From the NCBI GenBank assembly GCA_031458695.1, contig JAVKJW010000007.1:31694-95693 (forward strand): 64,000 nt of DNA. The letters are read 5' to 3'. Origin of the DNA: Candidatus Thermofontivivens primus (GTDB lineage Bacteria > Sysuimicrobiota > Sysuimicrobiia > Sysuimicrobiales > Thermofontiviventaceae). Each line of letters opens with the position of its first letter. Positions within the stretch are counted from its first letter, which is position 1. Both the position numbers and the translations under genes were made by a program. Shown here in pieces: positions 55,624 through 64,000 of this stretch. The notes beneath the pieces are model-generated. The model worked only from the letters and a program-made list of their open reading frames with translations, was not told where the DNA came from and searched no databases.

Positions 55624-57307
55624 GTGGTTCTCGGTGAAAAATGGAGCCGGAAACCGGCATCAATTCATGATCGCATCTCCAATTCGCCGGCAAAATAGCA
55701 GGAGTTCCCATTCCCGTGGCGAATCGAACTGGTGTGTGCACAAGCACATCTATCCGAACCGCCAGGGAGGGAACTCCGATGCAAGTGATTCGCCATACAC
55801 ATTCAAACTCCTGCGGAGGGGTGAGAGGATGCTCCGCCTGAGGGATCCGCAGGAGTCGTTGTGGTACGAGATCCTTCCCCCTGAGGTGCGCACCCTCCCT
55901 GAGGACCTGGCCACTGTCGATTCCCTGTTGGATGATGAGCGGTTCTTTGCCCCCTTTCGGGAGCAGTTCTCTACATCGGTGGGCCGCCCAACGATTCCTG
56001 TGCAGACCTATATCCGGATGATGTATTTGAAGCACAGCCGCAAGCTGAGCTACGAGACCCTGGTCAAGGAGGTCTCTAGTAGCATCGCCTGGCGTATCTT
56101 CTGCCGCATCCCCCTGGACAGGGAAGTGCCAGATCGATCGACCCTGATCAAGCTGACGCGCAGATTTGGACCTGAGGTCATAAAAGCATTGCTTGACCTG
56201 TTGGTTCAAAAGGGCATAGAGGAGAAGCTGATCCGGGGTCGCAAGGTACGGGTAGATGCCACCGTGGTCCAATCCCCCATCAAACATCCCACGGACATCG
56301 GGCTGCTTGCAGATGGCGTACGCATGGTCACGCGGATTACAAAGCGCCTGCAGGAAGTAGGGGTGGCTGCGCAAACGAAGTTCCGGGATCGGACACGTAC
56401 AATCAAGAAGGTGGTGCGGGCAGTAGGGTATGCGCTGCGAGGGAAGGCCAGGGAGGCTCGGGAAGCCCTCCGACAGCAGACTATGCGCGCACTGGACATC
56501 ACCAAGCAGGTCGTCTACCAGGCCGAGCGCATCCTTCTGGAGAGCAGGGCCAGGGTAGAAAAGATACGGGGATGTGCTGCGGATGCGGGGAAGCAACTGT
56601 GGCAGGAACTGCACCATACTTTGAACTTGGTCACCCGCGTCATGGCCCAGACGGTGCTCAGCCTGAAGGGGGTCCGGTCGATCCCTGACAGGATCGTTAG
56701 CCTGTTTGATCCCCAGAGCGAGGCCCATCTGCCGGGGCAAGGCCAACCGGAAGACAGAATTTGGCTACAAAGCGGTGCTCACCGAGACCGAGGAGCGGAT
56801 CATCACCTATTTCGAGGTCTATCAAGGCAACCCCGCCGATAGCACCCTGCTCATTCCGGCATTTGAAGAGCATGTGCGGGTGATTGGGAAGGTCCCCTGG
56901 GCAGTGGCTACCGATCGCGGATTGACCAGCAAGGCCAACGAGGCCTACCTGGAGGAACGGGCAGTCCAAAGGATCAGCCTTCCCTATCGAGGTCGTCGCA
57001 GCCCTCCCCGCAGGGACTACGAGTACCAAAGGTGGTTCAGGAGGCTGCAGCGCTGGAGGGCAGGACAGGAAGCTACCATCAGCCTGGGAAGCCGCAAGTA
57101 CGCGTGGCTGCACAGCCAGATGAGGGGACATGATGGTGCACGCATCCACTTCGGGTGGGGGATCTTCGCCTACGACATCAACCGGCTGGCTGCCCTCAGT
57201 AGGTCCGCAGCATAAAGGAAGGTGATGGAGAGATCCCCTGCTCATCATAGAACCTGACCTGCCCACATACGGATTGTAAAAAATCGGACTTTTTCACCGA
57301 GAACTAC
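55624..57307 (+). mobile_element. IS5-like/ISNCY insertion sequence
   Basis: Terminal inverted repeats GT(G/A)GTTCTCGGTGAAAAA at 55624-55641 and 57290-57307. Confidence 0.88.
55829..57215 (+). pseudogene. Transposase (DUF772 + DDE) with single-base frameshift near 56712
   Basis: GRPTIP...MMYLK, RVDATVV, SLFDP|ARPICRGK..TEFGYK, ATDRG; one extra base near GATCCCC. Confidence 0.85.
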
Positions 57308-57332
57308 TTTACCAAAACCTCCCTACTGGTCC

Positions 57333-57365
57333 TCGACCCCTGAGGACTAAGCAGGGTCGAATTTT
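57333..57365 (+). terminator. Intrinsic-terminator-like stem-loop immediately before the intron 5' end
   Basis: TCGACCC(C)TG...CAGGGTCGA followed by ATTTT. Confidence 0.65.
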
Positions 57366-57520
<155 letters not shown>

Positions 57521-57677
57521 CCCTCGATTCAGTGTCAAACTACAGCCATACCTGGCGCTCTTCGGCAGGTAGGAGCTGCGACGGGCGGGTATGGGGCTGG
57601 AGTTCGCCAGGCCCGCCGAGTACCTGCTCGTGGCATCTGATGTCAGGATGATGATCCCCTCCCGGCGGGCCAGTAAC

Positions 57678-57732
57678 TTGACACCCAGCAGGTGGCGGAT
57701 TACGATGAAGTAGGTCAAAATAAACGGACCAA
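57678..57732 (+). promoter_or_regulatory. vapBC promoter TTGACA-N17-TACGAT and inverted-repeat operator
   Basis: TTGACA 57678-83; TACGAT 57701-06; TAGGTC-N10-GACCAA 57711-57732. Confidence 0.65.
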
Positions 57733-57744
57733 GATGGAGGGGCC

Positions 57745-57975
57745 ATGACTAAGGTCATCAACGTCCATGAGGCAAAGGCGCACCTTTCAGAGATCCTCGA
57801 GCGGGTGCGCCGCGGAGAAGAGATCATCCTGGGGAAGTACGGCAAACCGTATGCCAGGCTCATCCCCGTCCAGCGCGAACGCGTACCGCTGGGCTTTTTG
57901 AACATCAGGGTGCCGGAGAGCTTTTTTGAGCCGCTGCCGGAGGAAGAGCTGAAGGCATGGGAGGGAAGCCCGTGA
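57745..57975 (+). CDS. Phd/YefM family antitoxin
   Basis: INVHEAKAHLSEILERV..GEEIIL...GKP.ARL. Confidence 0.92.
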   Translation: MTKVINVHEAKAHLSEILERVRRGEEIILGKYGKPYARLIPVQRERVPLGFLNIRVPESFFEPLPEEELKAWEGSP

Positions 57976-58361
57976 CGAAACTCCTCCTGGACACCCATGC
58001 CCTGCTGTGGGCCCTCGGCGAGCCCGAGAAGCTGAGCGCACGCGCACGGGAGGCCGTCGAGGATCCTGCAAGTCTGCGTCTTGTCTCCAGCGCGTCGGCG
58101 TGGGAGATTGCGACCAAATACCGCTTGGGGCGACTTCCAGGGGCCGAGGTACTTCTCAGCGCGTATTCCCGGCACCTGCGAACTCTGCATGCGGTGGAAC
58201 TGACCATCACCTCTGAACACGCCATCCTTGCTGGGATGATTCGCCACGTGCATCGGGATCCGTTCGACCGTGTGCTGGCAGCCCAGGCCAGGATCGAAGG
58301 AGCCTATATCGTTTCGAGGGACGAAGTATTTGACGCCTTAGGGGCCCCGCGCCTGTGGTGA
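57972..58361 (+). CDS. vapC: VapC PIN-domain toxin
   Basis: LLLDTHALLW, SAWEIATK, HRDPFDR.L.AQA, SRD; GTGA overlap with antitoxin stop. Confidence 0.92.
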   Translation: MTKLLLDTHALLWALGEPEKLSARAREAVEDPASLRLVSSASAWEIATKYRLGRLPGAEVLLSAYSRHLRTLHAVELTITSEHAILAGMIRHVHRDPFDRVLAAQARIEGAYIVSRDEVFDALGAPRLW

Positions 58362-58516
58362 GTCTCCGGCTTGCGACGGACAGGGGGTCTGAGCCTCCCC
58401 AGGGTTAGAGCGGGGGGTTGCAGGGGGAATCGTCGACTGCGCCCCGGCCGGGAGTTCTGCTAGTTCACCTGTCTGTCCCAGGCAAGGAAGGGCTGCCTGC
58501 CGCGTCGAGGAAACGC

Positions 58517-59526
58517 TCAGGTTGGCTGATCCTTCACCTTCGACCATTCCAGTCGGCGGCCACCCGCGCTTACCACCGCGATGGCAAAGCCGTCCTCGTC
58601 TCTGGTGACGAACCCCTCCTGCGGCTCCCTCTCTCGGCTCACTGGTGCCTTGAGCGCGACCGACTGAAGCACCTCCGGCCCCAGTTGCGCCAGCGACTCC
58701 ACCGGCGCCCTGGCTTGGCCTAAGCGCCGGGCCAGGTCGAGCACGTCATCCGGCGATGGGAGCACGAGGGAGAAGTGCAGCAGTTGAACTGTGTTGGAGG
58801 GCGGCGGAGGCACGTCCTGACCGATCCAAGTTCCGCATGTTGGCCCCATGTGATGGTGGTAGCCGCCCGCGGAAAAGAAAAGCGCGCCAGAGCCGAAGCG
58901 AAGCACCAGATCCAACCCCAAGGCCTCCCGGTAGAAGCGCTCGGCCCGTTCCAGGCGGGAGACGTGCAGGTGGATGTGACCGAGCCGCTAGGCATGCCGT
59001 TCAGCTTGGAGTCAGACCCAGCGTGATCGTCGTGTATCCCCGGGCCTCGCTCTCCGGGCGGGAGTTCAGTCATGAGGCCATCCCAGTCGAGGGGCTCGGT
59101 GGTCATCAAGATCCTCTCGCCGCGCCGCGGCCACTGATCTCTCGGTCGGTCCGCGTACAGCTCGATGCCGTGGCCGTTGGGATCCGAAAGGTATATCGCC
59201 TCACTCACCCAGTGGTTGGCGGCGCCATCGATGGACCACCCCCTCCGGACAAGCCTTATAGCGGCGCGTGCTAGGTCTCTCCGTGTGGGAAGGCGTAGGG
59301 CCAAGTGGTACAACCCCCGGCAGTGCGCGGGTTTGGGGTGCGCCCCAGGCCAGTGGGTGAGTAGGACGAGCGGCACTGGCTGCGAACCTGCCGCACCGTC
59401 CTCCTGCACGCCCATGACGATGAACCTTGGGGAGCGCCTCAGCATCCGCAGTCCCACGGCACTCTCGTAGAAAGCCGCTGAACGCTCCACGTCTGCCACG
59501 CTGAGGTGCACCCAGCCGAGTTCCAT
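58517..59526 (-). pseudogene. catE: CatE-like VOC (catechol 2,3-dioxygenase/glyoxalase) gene, frameshifted
   Basis: LGWVHLSV, GLYHLAL, HWVSEAIYLSDPNGHGIELYADRP; frameshift near 58985 before GHIHLHV; AGGYHHH in the other frame. Confidence 0.8.
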
Positions 59527-59596
59527 GTCTGGATATATACAACGAGCCTCCTCTCCTCGTTGACGTTTCGTGAACACGCTGACGTTCACTATTATA

Positions 59597-61010
59597 CTGT
59601 ACTTTGGCAAAATTTCACGCTGCTTCGGCTAGGAAGCGCGTAAACATTGGTGGAACAGACTTATGGCGCAATGCTTGACGGATCACCTCCTTGAAGAACT
59701 GGTGCAGATGCCATTGGCGATGAGCAGCCAAGGCATCGCTGAGGGTACGATAGCCTCCTTTTTCCTTTCGAACCTGCAGGAAGGCCAGGGCCAGGAAGAC
59801 CACTGCCCAGTATTTGGTGATGGCCTCCACCGAGCGGAGGCGGAAGTCCTCCAAGCCCAACCGGGTCTTCAAGTACAGGTAATCCACTTCACAGCCCCAG
59901 CGCAGCGCATAATAGGTCAGAATCTCCCGTGGACTGAGCGTGGGGTCTGTGCACAGGAGATACTTCGGGCGGCGATCCGCAGGTGACCGACGCGACTGGA
60001 GCACGGTGGCAAGCATAGGTACCCCATTCAGATATCCTTGGAGGCACCGGGTGTAATAGGTTCGCTTGCCATCCGTAGCGCTGATCGTGACACGATCATA
60101 GTGCTGGTGCCGCAGGGTCTGCGCAAGGGCATGGAGGGGTTTCCCGTCAAGGCGACGGTTAGGCTTGAGATCGCAGATCACGTGCCAGCCCTGGTGCAGG
60201 CAAAACCGGATCAGCTTCTTAGAGGCATACCAACTATCGAAGACGATATAAATGCGGCAATCTGGGGGAAGCAAGGGTGCGATCTCAGCGAGCATCTCCC
60301 GTGCCAGGGAGAACTTGCTCCGGAAGTGCAACCGGGCATGAGGGGGGCGCTTGCGGTTCAGCCTGCGCACGGTGCGCTCCCGCAGGTAAGGACGCCAGTT
60401 GACCGTGTAGGCCTGGCCGGCGACGTGCACACGACAGGTGACGACAGGCAGTCCATAGGCGTAGCGCTGTCCTGTGGTTCCGACCCCGGCTGTGTGCTCC
60501 GTATGGTCCGCATGCCAGTCGACTGGCTCGAAGTGCTTGCTGCTGCGAGGCTTGTGGGCGATGTACTCATCGATGCTGATGATCAGAAACCGCCGGGATG
60601 GCGGGAGGGTAGCCAGGAGGGCACAGATCATCGCCATCTGATGATGGAGCAGTGGGACGCGGAGAAGCTCTGCATCCCACGGGCTCTGGCGGAAGAAGTC
60701 GGCAACCGCGTAGATGTCCCGTGGTTCGACCAACTGACGGGTCAGGGCGGTCAGGGTCTTGCGTCCTTCCGTGACCAGCAAGCCCTCCACCACTTCCTCC
60801 AAGTGACGCCGCTGGGGTCTATTGAGAGGCAACTTGAGCTCCTCCAAGAAGGATTTCATAGTTGGCGAGGTGAACAGGATAGTGGGCAGCATGGGCACCT
60901 CCATGAACGCTCAGGCTTAACAGCCTGTTCGAACAGGCGTTTGTGGTGTGTTTCATGCTGCCCTTTGACTTTTCCTGCTTCACGCCTGGCAAAAATTTGC
61001 CAAACTACAG
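59597..61010 (-). mobile_element. IS701 family insertion sequence
   Basis: Inverted repeats CTGTACTTTGGCAAAATTT (59597) and CTGTAGTTTGGCAAATTTT (61010, reverse strand). Confidence 0.85.
59615..60904 (-). CDS. IS701 family DDE transposase (intact ORF)
   Basis: SIDE, FRSKFSLA, VFDSWY, Y..RWGCE...LK..LGL. Confidence 0.88.
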   Translation of the reverse strand: MEVPMLPTILFTSPTMKSFLEELKLPLNRPQRRHLEEVVEGLLVTEGRKTLTALTRQLVEPRDIYAVADFFRQSPWDAELLRVPLLHHQMAMICALLATLPPSRRFLIISIDEYIAHKPRSSKHFEPVDWHADHTEHTAGVGTTGQRYAYGLPVVTCRVHVAGQAYTVNWRPYLRERTVRRLNRKRPPHARLHFRSKFSLAREMLAEIAPLLPPDCRIYIVFDSWYASKKLIRFCLHQGWHVICDLKPNRRLDGKPLHALAQTLRHQHYDRVTISATDGKRTYYTRCLQGYLNGVPMLATVLQSRRSPADRRPKYLLCTDPTLSPREILTYYALRWGCEVDYLYLKTRLGLEDFRLRSVEAITKYWAVVFLALAFLQVRKEKGGYRTLSDALAAHRQWHLHQFFKEVIRQALRHKSVPPMFTRFLAEAA

Positions 61011-61018
61011 TATGTTAG

Positions 61019-62044
61019 TCACTCGTCACTGTTCGGTTCCAGGATGACCTTGATGGCCTCACGGTTCTTAATCAGCCTCAACCCTTCCCCAATTTGGTCC
61101 AGCGGGAGCACATGCGTGATCAGAGGGGCCGTGCGCACACGGCCATCCGCTACCAGCTGGATACATGTGGCGAAGTCCTCGCGCGTATAGCAGAAGCTCC
61201 CCCGCACACGCAACTCCTTTCTTACAATGTGCTGCGGGTGAACACGCGCCTCTTGGTGAAAGATTCCCGCGAGGACGATCTTCCCCTTCTTACTGGCGAC
61301 CTGGCATGCCGTTTCTACCGCATCTGGGTTCCCCGTCGCCTCGATGACGATATCAGCGAGACGGCCTTCATTCGCCCGGAGAACGGCTTCCACCGGATCT
61401 TCCCAGGAGAGATCAACCACTGCGTCCGCACCCAGGCTTTTCGCCACCTCCAGCCGCGACGGACGCGTCCCCACCATGACCGTCCTGCGAGCCCCTTCTG
61501 CCCGGACGAGCTGGAGAGCGTACAGTCCTATGGGCCCAGGTCCCACGATGGCAACAGTATCCTTCGCTGTGATGAACGCCTGGCGGACAGCATGGTAGGC
61601 CGAGGCGATCGGGTCAATGCTCGCTCCATCCAGGAAGCTCAGGTTAGCAGGAAGCTTGAAAGCATTCCGCGCGGGCACGGCCACATACTGAGCGAACCCC
61701 CCATCGAGATCGATGCCAATCTCCTGGATCCGGTCACAGAGGGAGTCGTCCCCCCTGCGGCAAGAGCGGCAGTCTCCGCAGGAAATGACGAGATCGATGG
61801 CAACCCGGTCGCCCACCTCCAATTGGTCAACCCCACGGCCCTTCCTGGCGACTACGCCGCTGATCTCATGGCCCGGAATGAGGGGAACGGGGACATGCCG
61901 GATCCCGTCGAAGATGGGGATATCGGTGCCGCAGATACCCGCAGCTTTTACCTCGATCACCACCCATTGCGGTCTGGGGACAGGCTCCTCTACGTCCTTC
62001 AGGACGAATCCTGGCCCAGGTTGTTCTTTGAGCACGGCGCGCAT
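61019..62044 (-). CDS. Zn-dependent alcohol dehydrogenase (threonine/sorbitol dehydrogenase-like)
   Basis: GICGTD, GHE, CGDCRSC...C, GPGPIG. Confidence 0.92.
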   Translation of the reverse strand: MRAVLKEQPGPGFVLKDVEEPVPRPQWVVIEVKAAGICGTDIPIFDGIRHVPVPLIPGHEISGVVARKGRGVDQLEVGDRVAIDLVISCGDCRSCRRGDDSLCDRIQEIGIDLDGGFAQYVAVPARNAFKLPANLSFLDGASIDPIASAYHAVRQAFITAKDTVAIVGPGPIGLYALQLVRAEGARRTVMVGTRPSRLEVAKSLGADAVVDLSWEDPVEAVLRANEGRLADIVIEATGNPDAVETACQVASKKGKIVLAGIFHQEARVHPQHIVRKELRVRGSFCYTREDFATCIQLVADGRVRTAPLITHVLPLDQIGEGLRLIKNREAIKVILEPNSDE

Positions 62045-62068
62045 GGCCCCATCCTTCGTCAGCGTTCC

Positions 62069-63370
62069 TCACACAGAGCTGATGGCCCGCACCAGAATCC
62101 CCAACCCCTCTTCCAGCTGGTCCCAGGAGATCACGAGGGGTGGGCAGATCCGGATGACGCTCTCCCCGCACTTGGTGAGGAGGAGACCGTCCCCCGTGGC
62201 TTTGGCTATAACTTCCTTCACCTTCCCCACAGCAGGGGACCCATCGGGCTCTACCAGCTCGACCCCGATCATCAGGCCCAACCCGCGCACGTCCCCAATC
62301 TCGGGGTGGTCCCTCTGGACATCCCGGAGAAAGGCCAGCGCCTTGCTCCCCAGCTCTGCCGCCCGCTGAACCAATCCCTCACGCTCCATGACCCTGAGGG
62401 TGGCCAGCCCCGCCGCACAGGCCACAGGGTTCCCTCCGAATGTGCTCCCGTGTGCTCCCGGGGGCCAGCGGTCCATCAGATCTGCCCGTCCAAGCACGGC
62501 GCCCAGAGGCAAACCTCCCCCTAAAGGTTTCGCGAAAGTCGTAAGATCAGGAACGACGCCCCAGTGCTCCACTGCATACCAGCGCCCGGTCCGGCCGAGA
62601 CCCGTCTGAACCTCATCCGCGATTAGGAGCGCTCCGACCTCGTCGCAGATCCTGCGCAACCCGGGGAGAAAGCTCGGTGGGGGTACCACGTACCCCCCTT
62701 CCCCCAGGATGGGCTCTACGATAATCGCCGCCAGATCCTCTGGAGGGACCACGGTCCTCAGGAGGAGGTGGATATAGGTAAAAGAGCTTTGCGCGCACTC
62801 CTCGGGATCACGGTGACCAAAGGGACAACGGGAGGTATACGGGTAGGGAGCGTGGTGGACGCCGGCCATGAGACCGTCCAGATGGCGCCGGTACGCGGCA
62901 TTGCTGGCGGTCAAGGCCAAGGCTCCCATAGGTCTCCCATGGAAGGATCCCAGGAATGCGATCACAGTCGATCTCCCGGTGATGTAACGCGCCAGCTTCA
63001 CAGCTGCCTCCACCGCCTCAGAGCCGCTGTTCACCAAGATTACCTTCCCTTCGCGAAGGGATCCAGGTGCGATGGACCGTACTTTCTCTGCAAGAGCCAC
63101 GTAAGGCTCGTAGTAAGCAACGTGGGAGGCGGCGTGGATGAGCCGTCCTGCCTGCTCCCGGATGGCCTCTACCACCTCCGGGTGGCAGTGGCCCACGTTA
63201 TTCGTGGCAATCCCCGCTGCAAAGTCCAGGTAGCGCCTTGCTTCTGGATCGAACACGTACACCCCTTCGCCCCGCGCGATCACCACAGAGGTGTATTTGT
63301 AAATCGCCGGGGCTGCCACGACGCCATGACGCGCGATGACTTCCTCGCTGGATGTCGCCTGGATCACCAT
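62069..63370 (-). CDS. gabT: Class III PLP aminotransferase (4-aminobutyrate aminotransferase-like)
   Basis: NSGSEAVEAA.K, SFHGR, EPILGEGG, ADEVQTG.GRTG, AK, GSTFGGNP. Confidence 0.8.
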   Translation of the reverse strand: MVIQATSSEEVIARHGVVAAPAIYKYTSVVIARGEGVYVFDPEARRYLDFAAGIATNNVGHCHPEVVEAIREQAGRLIHAASHVAYYEPYVALAEKVRSIAPGSLREGKVILVNSGSEAVEAAVKLARYITGRSTVIAFLGSFHGRPMGALALTASNAAYRRHLDGLMAGVHHAPYPYTSRCPFGHRDPEECAQSSFTYIHLLLRTVVPPEDLAAIIVEPILGEGGYVVPPPSFLPGLRRICDEVGALLIADEVQTGLGRTGRWYAVEHWGVVPDLTTFAKPLGGGLPLGAVLGRADLMDRWPPGAHGSTFGGNPVACAAGLATLRVMEREGLVQRAAELGSKALAFLRDVQRDHPEIGDVRGLGLMIGVELVEPDGSPAVGKVKEVIAKATGDGLLLTKCGESVIRICPPLVISWDQLEEGLGILVRAISSV

Positions 63371-63529
63371 GCCTGCCCACCGTCCTTCATTCGCCTCCTT
63401 CTTCGTATCTGCATGACGTATGATCATTTGCTTAGTCCTTTGATCTCGAGAGAGTGGGCAAAATCCTCCTCTACCGCACGAGCCCTGCGATCTCCCGGAG
63501 CTTTTCAAAGAGTTCCCTCGCCGGGGGAG

Positions 63530-64000
63530 TACTACGCACAGGAAGAGTACACGTAACGATCAGGTGGGGGGACTTGCGCCGGAGGGAGAGGCGGCGCAGG
63601 AAAGGAGAAAGATCGCTGAAGACGGGCCTCGCCTTTTCGATGTGATCTAAGCTGCTTACTGGATACACGTGAAGATCCCCCACACCCACGGGATGCGCTT
63701 CCACTTGATCCCTCCCCAGCTCCCGCTTGAGCTCCCGAAGACCCCCGGGAGGGGCCTGAAGATCTCCATCTCTCTGGCTGACGCGCCTGAGGACTGGGGG
63801 ATGTCCAATAGGAGCCCAGGTGGTCCCGAAGCGGGCCCGAAACGTGTAACCCGTCTCGTCCACGAAGGCAACCGCACACCCTCTTCGGCGAGCTTTTTTT
63901 GATCCTGGGCCAGTCGCGCTTTAACCATGCCTCCACCAGGGCCTCGTCCCGTTCCCGTGCCCTGGGGATCGGTCGCTGTGGGCTCCATCCCCTCGCCCGT
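63530..64000 (-). mobile_element. Degenerate IS630 family element (runs off window end)
   Basis: GWSPQRP..RARERDE...W....WPRIKK, A7 tract, then FVDETG...TWAPIG.PPVL; DDE core mostly deleted. Confidence 0.8.

Noticed and set aside
55148..56746. 532-aa minus-strand ORF looking like a novel fusion
   Set aside because: Chance read-through of the transposase antisense strand into the truncated ABC permease fragment
57530..57655. Possible DUF58 gene fragment (RRAGMGLEFA...EY...DVR)
   Set aside because: Too short and interrupted by a stop; the similarity may be chance
59590..61016. Target-site duplication for IS701
   Set aside because: Flanks TATA and TATG share only TA; no convincing 4-bp duplication
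61094..62524. 476-aa plus-strand ORF
   Set aside because: Antisense shadow of the dehydrogenase and aminotransferase genes

Overview
This is a GC-rich chromosomal window, probably from a thermophilic bacterium (it carries a branched-chain polyamine synthase, BpsA). From left to right it holds: (1) the recD2 3' end, mutY and an internally deleted HEPN/DUF86 toxin relic. (2) A coproheme decarboxylase-like gene and a Crp/Fnr-controlled nitrosative-stress operon (hemerythrins, DUF2249, DUF1858, DUF488, NnrS-like protein) with a clear NnrR/DNR-type box. (3) A fused trehalose TPS/TPP gene and bpsA, behind a ~200-nt structured leader that looks like a cis-regulatory RNA. (4) An IclR-controlled organic-acid catabolic cluster: MaoC, MFS, ABC transporter, CoA transferase, citryl-CoA-lyase-like and PrpD-like genes. 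(5) A DUF433/DUF5615 toxin-antitoxin pair. (6) A lower-GC block of three ABC importers (Pot-like with an embedded deacylase; Dpp-like with a serine hydrolase and D-aminopeptidase; Liv-like). (7) A ~12-kb minus-strand redox cluster with NrfC/NrfD, a NapH-like polyferredoxin, five cupredoxins, a degenerate TorD-like chaperone and two NarX/L-type two-component systems, but no molybdoenzyme or c-type cytochrome. This is the best candidate for an undescribed system. (8) A region of mobile-element debris: an IS5-like/ISNCY element, a 155-nt internally deleted group IIC intron behind a terminator, vapBC, a catE pseudogene, IS701 and an IS630 relic, around an ADH-aminotransferase pair. I saw no rRNA, tRNA or CRISPR array. 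All calls come from reading motifs by eye; no database searches were run.
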